This document shows positions 49,151 through 49,879 of a DNA stretch of 49,879 nt, in pieces. How positions within the stretch are numbered: the first letter of the stretch is position 1; the number at the start of each line of letters is the position of its first letter. Made by a program: the position numbers and the translations under genes. This stretch comes from an uncultured Candidatus Planktophila sp. GTDB taxonomy: Bacteria > Actinomycetota > Actinomycetes > Nanopelagicales > Nanopelagicaceae. The notes under the pieces are model-generated. The model was not told the DNA's origin, did no database searches, and saw nothing but the letters and a program-made list of their open reading frames with translations. The stretch lies in contig CAZXVL010000002.1 in NCBI GenBank assembly GCA_964644425.1, positions 1 to 49,879 of the forward strand. The letters are read 5' to 3'.

Positions 49151-49218
49151 GTGCGCAAATCTACTCGCTTTAGCCCACTTACACAAAGTAAAAATCGACT
49201 TAATTAATTTCGGAAATG

Positions 49219-49254
49219 CAAACAGGGCTAGCGAAAAATCGCTAGCCCTGTTTG
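49219..49254 (-). terminator. Perfect 16-bp hairpin after the BMP gene (terminator or mRNA-stabilising stem)
   Basis: CAAACAGGGCTAGCGA-AAAA-TCGCTAGCCCTGTTTG, 20 nt downstream of the BMP stop codon. Confidence 0.8.
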
Positions 49255-49274
49255 TGAAACGTAGTTTTAGTTAA

Positions 49275-49879
49275 TTAGTTAACTGAAACCTTCTTGTTGA
49301 TAATTGCTGTAGCAAGCTTTGTTACCTCTGTACGAAGTGCAGAAGGAACTACCTTGATGAGATCGTGGTATGGAGCAAGGTATGTTCCCTTGTTCTTGAG
49401 GTTACCGTTGTAACCTGTTGAAGAGAACTTGCCTGCTGCATCATCAGCGATAACAGCACGAACTGATGCATCTACACCCTTAACAACTGATGTAAGAATT
49501 ACCTTCTTGTACTGTGGAGCTGCCTTGTATCCATCTGTATCAACCCAGATGACATATGACTTCTTTGATGCGATTGAGTTAGCAGCTGTTGCGCCACCAA
49601 GTCCACCTGCAACTGGGAAGATGATGTCTGCACCCTGCTGCTCGAAGTTCTTAGAGATCTGAAGTGCCTTAGCTGAGTCAGAGAATCCACCAACGAATGT
49701 TCCGTCAGCCTTCTTTGTATCCCAACCGAGAACTGTTACAGACTTGCCCTTGACCTTGTTGTAGTGAGCAACACCCTTAGCAAATCCATCCATGAAGATT
49801 GTGACAGGTGGGATGTTGAGTCCGCCGTATGTTGCGACCTTACCGGTCTTTGAAACGCCAGCTGCAAGGTAACCAGCCT
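49275..49879 (-). CDS. BMP/PnrA-family nucleoside ABC substrate-binding protein (5' part lies outside the window)
   Basis: Frame open to the window edge (AGYLAAGVSKTGKVATYGG...), GADIIFPVAG, IWVDTDG, ILTSVVK, LAPYHD. Confidence 0.9.
   Translation of the reverse strand, partial: AGYLAAGVSKTGKVATYGGLNIPPVTIFMDGFAKGVAHYNKVKGKSVTVLGWDTKKADGTFVGGFSDSAKALQISKNFEQQGADIIFPVAGGLGGATAANSIASKKSYVIWVDTDGYKAAPQYKKVILTSVVKGVDASVRAVIADDAAGKFSSTGYNGNLKNKGTYLAPYHDLIKVVPSALRTEVTKLATAIINKKVSVN

Noticed and set aside
1-49879. CRISPR arrays, tRNA/rRNA genes, IS elements, prophage or defence genes
   Set aside because: No intergenic gap exceeds about 145 bp, I saw no spaced direct repeats or cloverleaf, and no ORF has integrase, transposase or phage motifs.

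Overview
Gene-dense, roughly 50% GC core-genome segment of an actinobacterium (WhiB, MshB, MoeZ, DUF3117, DUF3107, AccD/AccE). The moderate GC, tiny intergenic spaces and missing accessory genes suggest a streamlined freshwater lineage such as acI/Ca. Nanopelagicales (inference). It holds about 53 CDS: GDP-mannose and cell-envelope genes, a dapC-fdxA-cysS-mshB-moeZ...htrA-pepA-dapD block, a cell-wall glycopolymer export/attachment locus, biotin-dependent carboxylase genes, and a nucleoside uptake and salvage cluster. I saw no rRNA, tRNA, CRISPR array or mobile element. Most notable: (1) an intact but catalytically eroded PurK lacking its ATP-grasp lid domain, with no purE beside it; (2) a CysRS with an extra N-terminal SH3-like domain apparently captured from the acetyltransferase gene usually found at that position; (3) a stand-alone 63-aa sigma-70 region-4 protein near the site where sigE-rseA are missing; (4) pervasive leaderless promoters, including an 18-bp bidirectional one between birA and accD; (5) a possible ATT start for pepA. 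Many ORF-track starts were revised. All family and synteny calls come from motif reading and recalled knowledge, not database searches.
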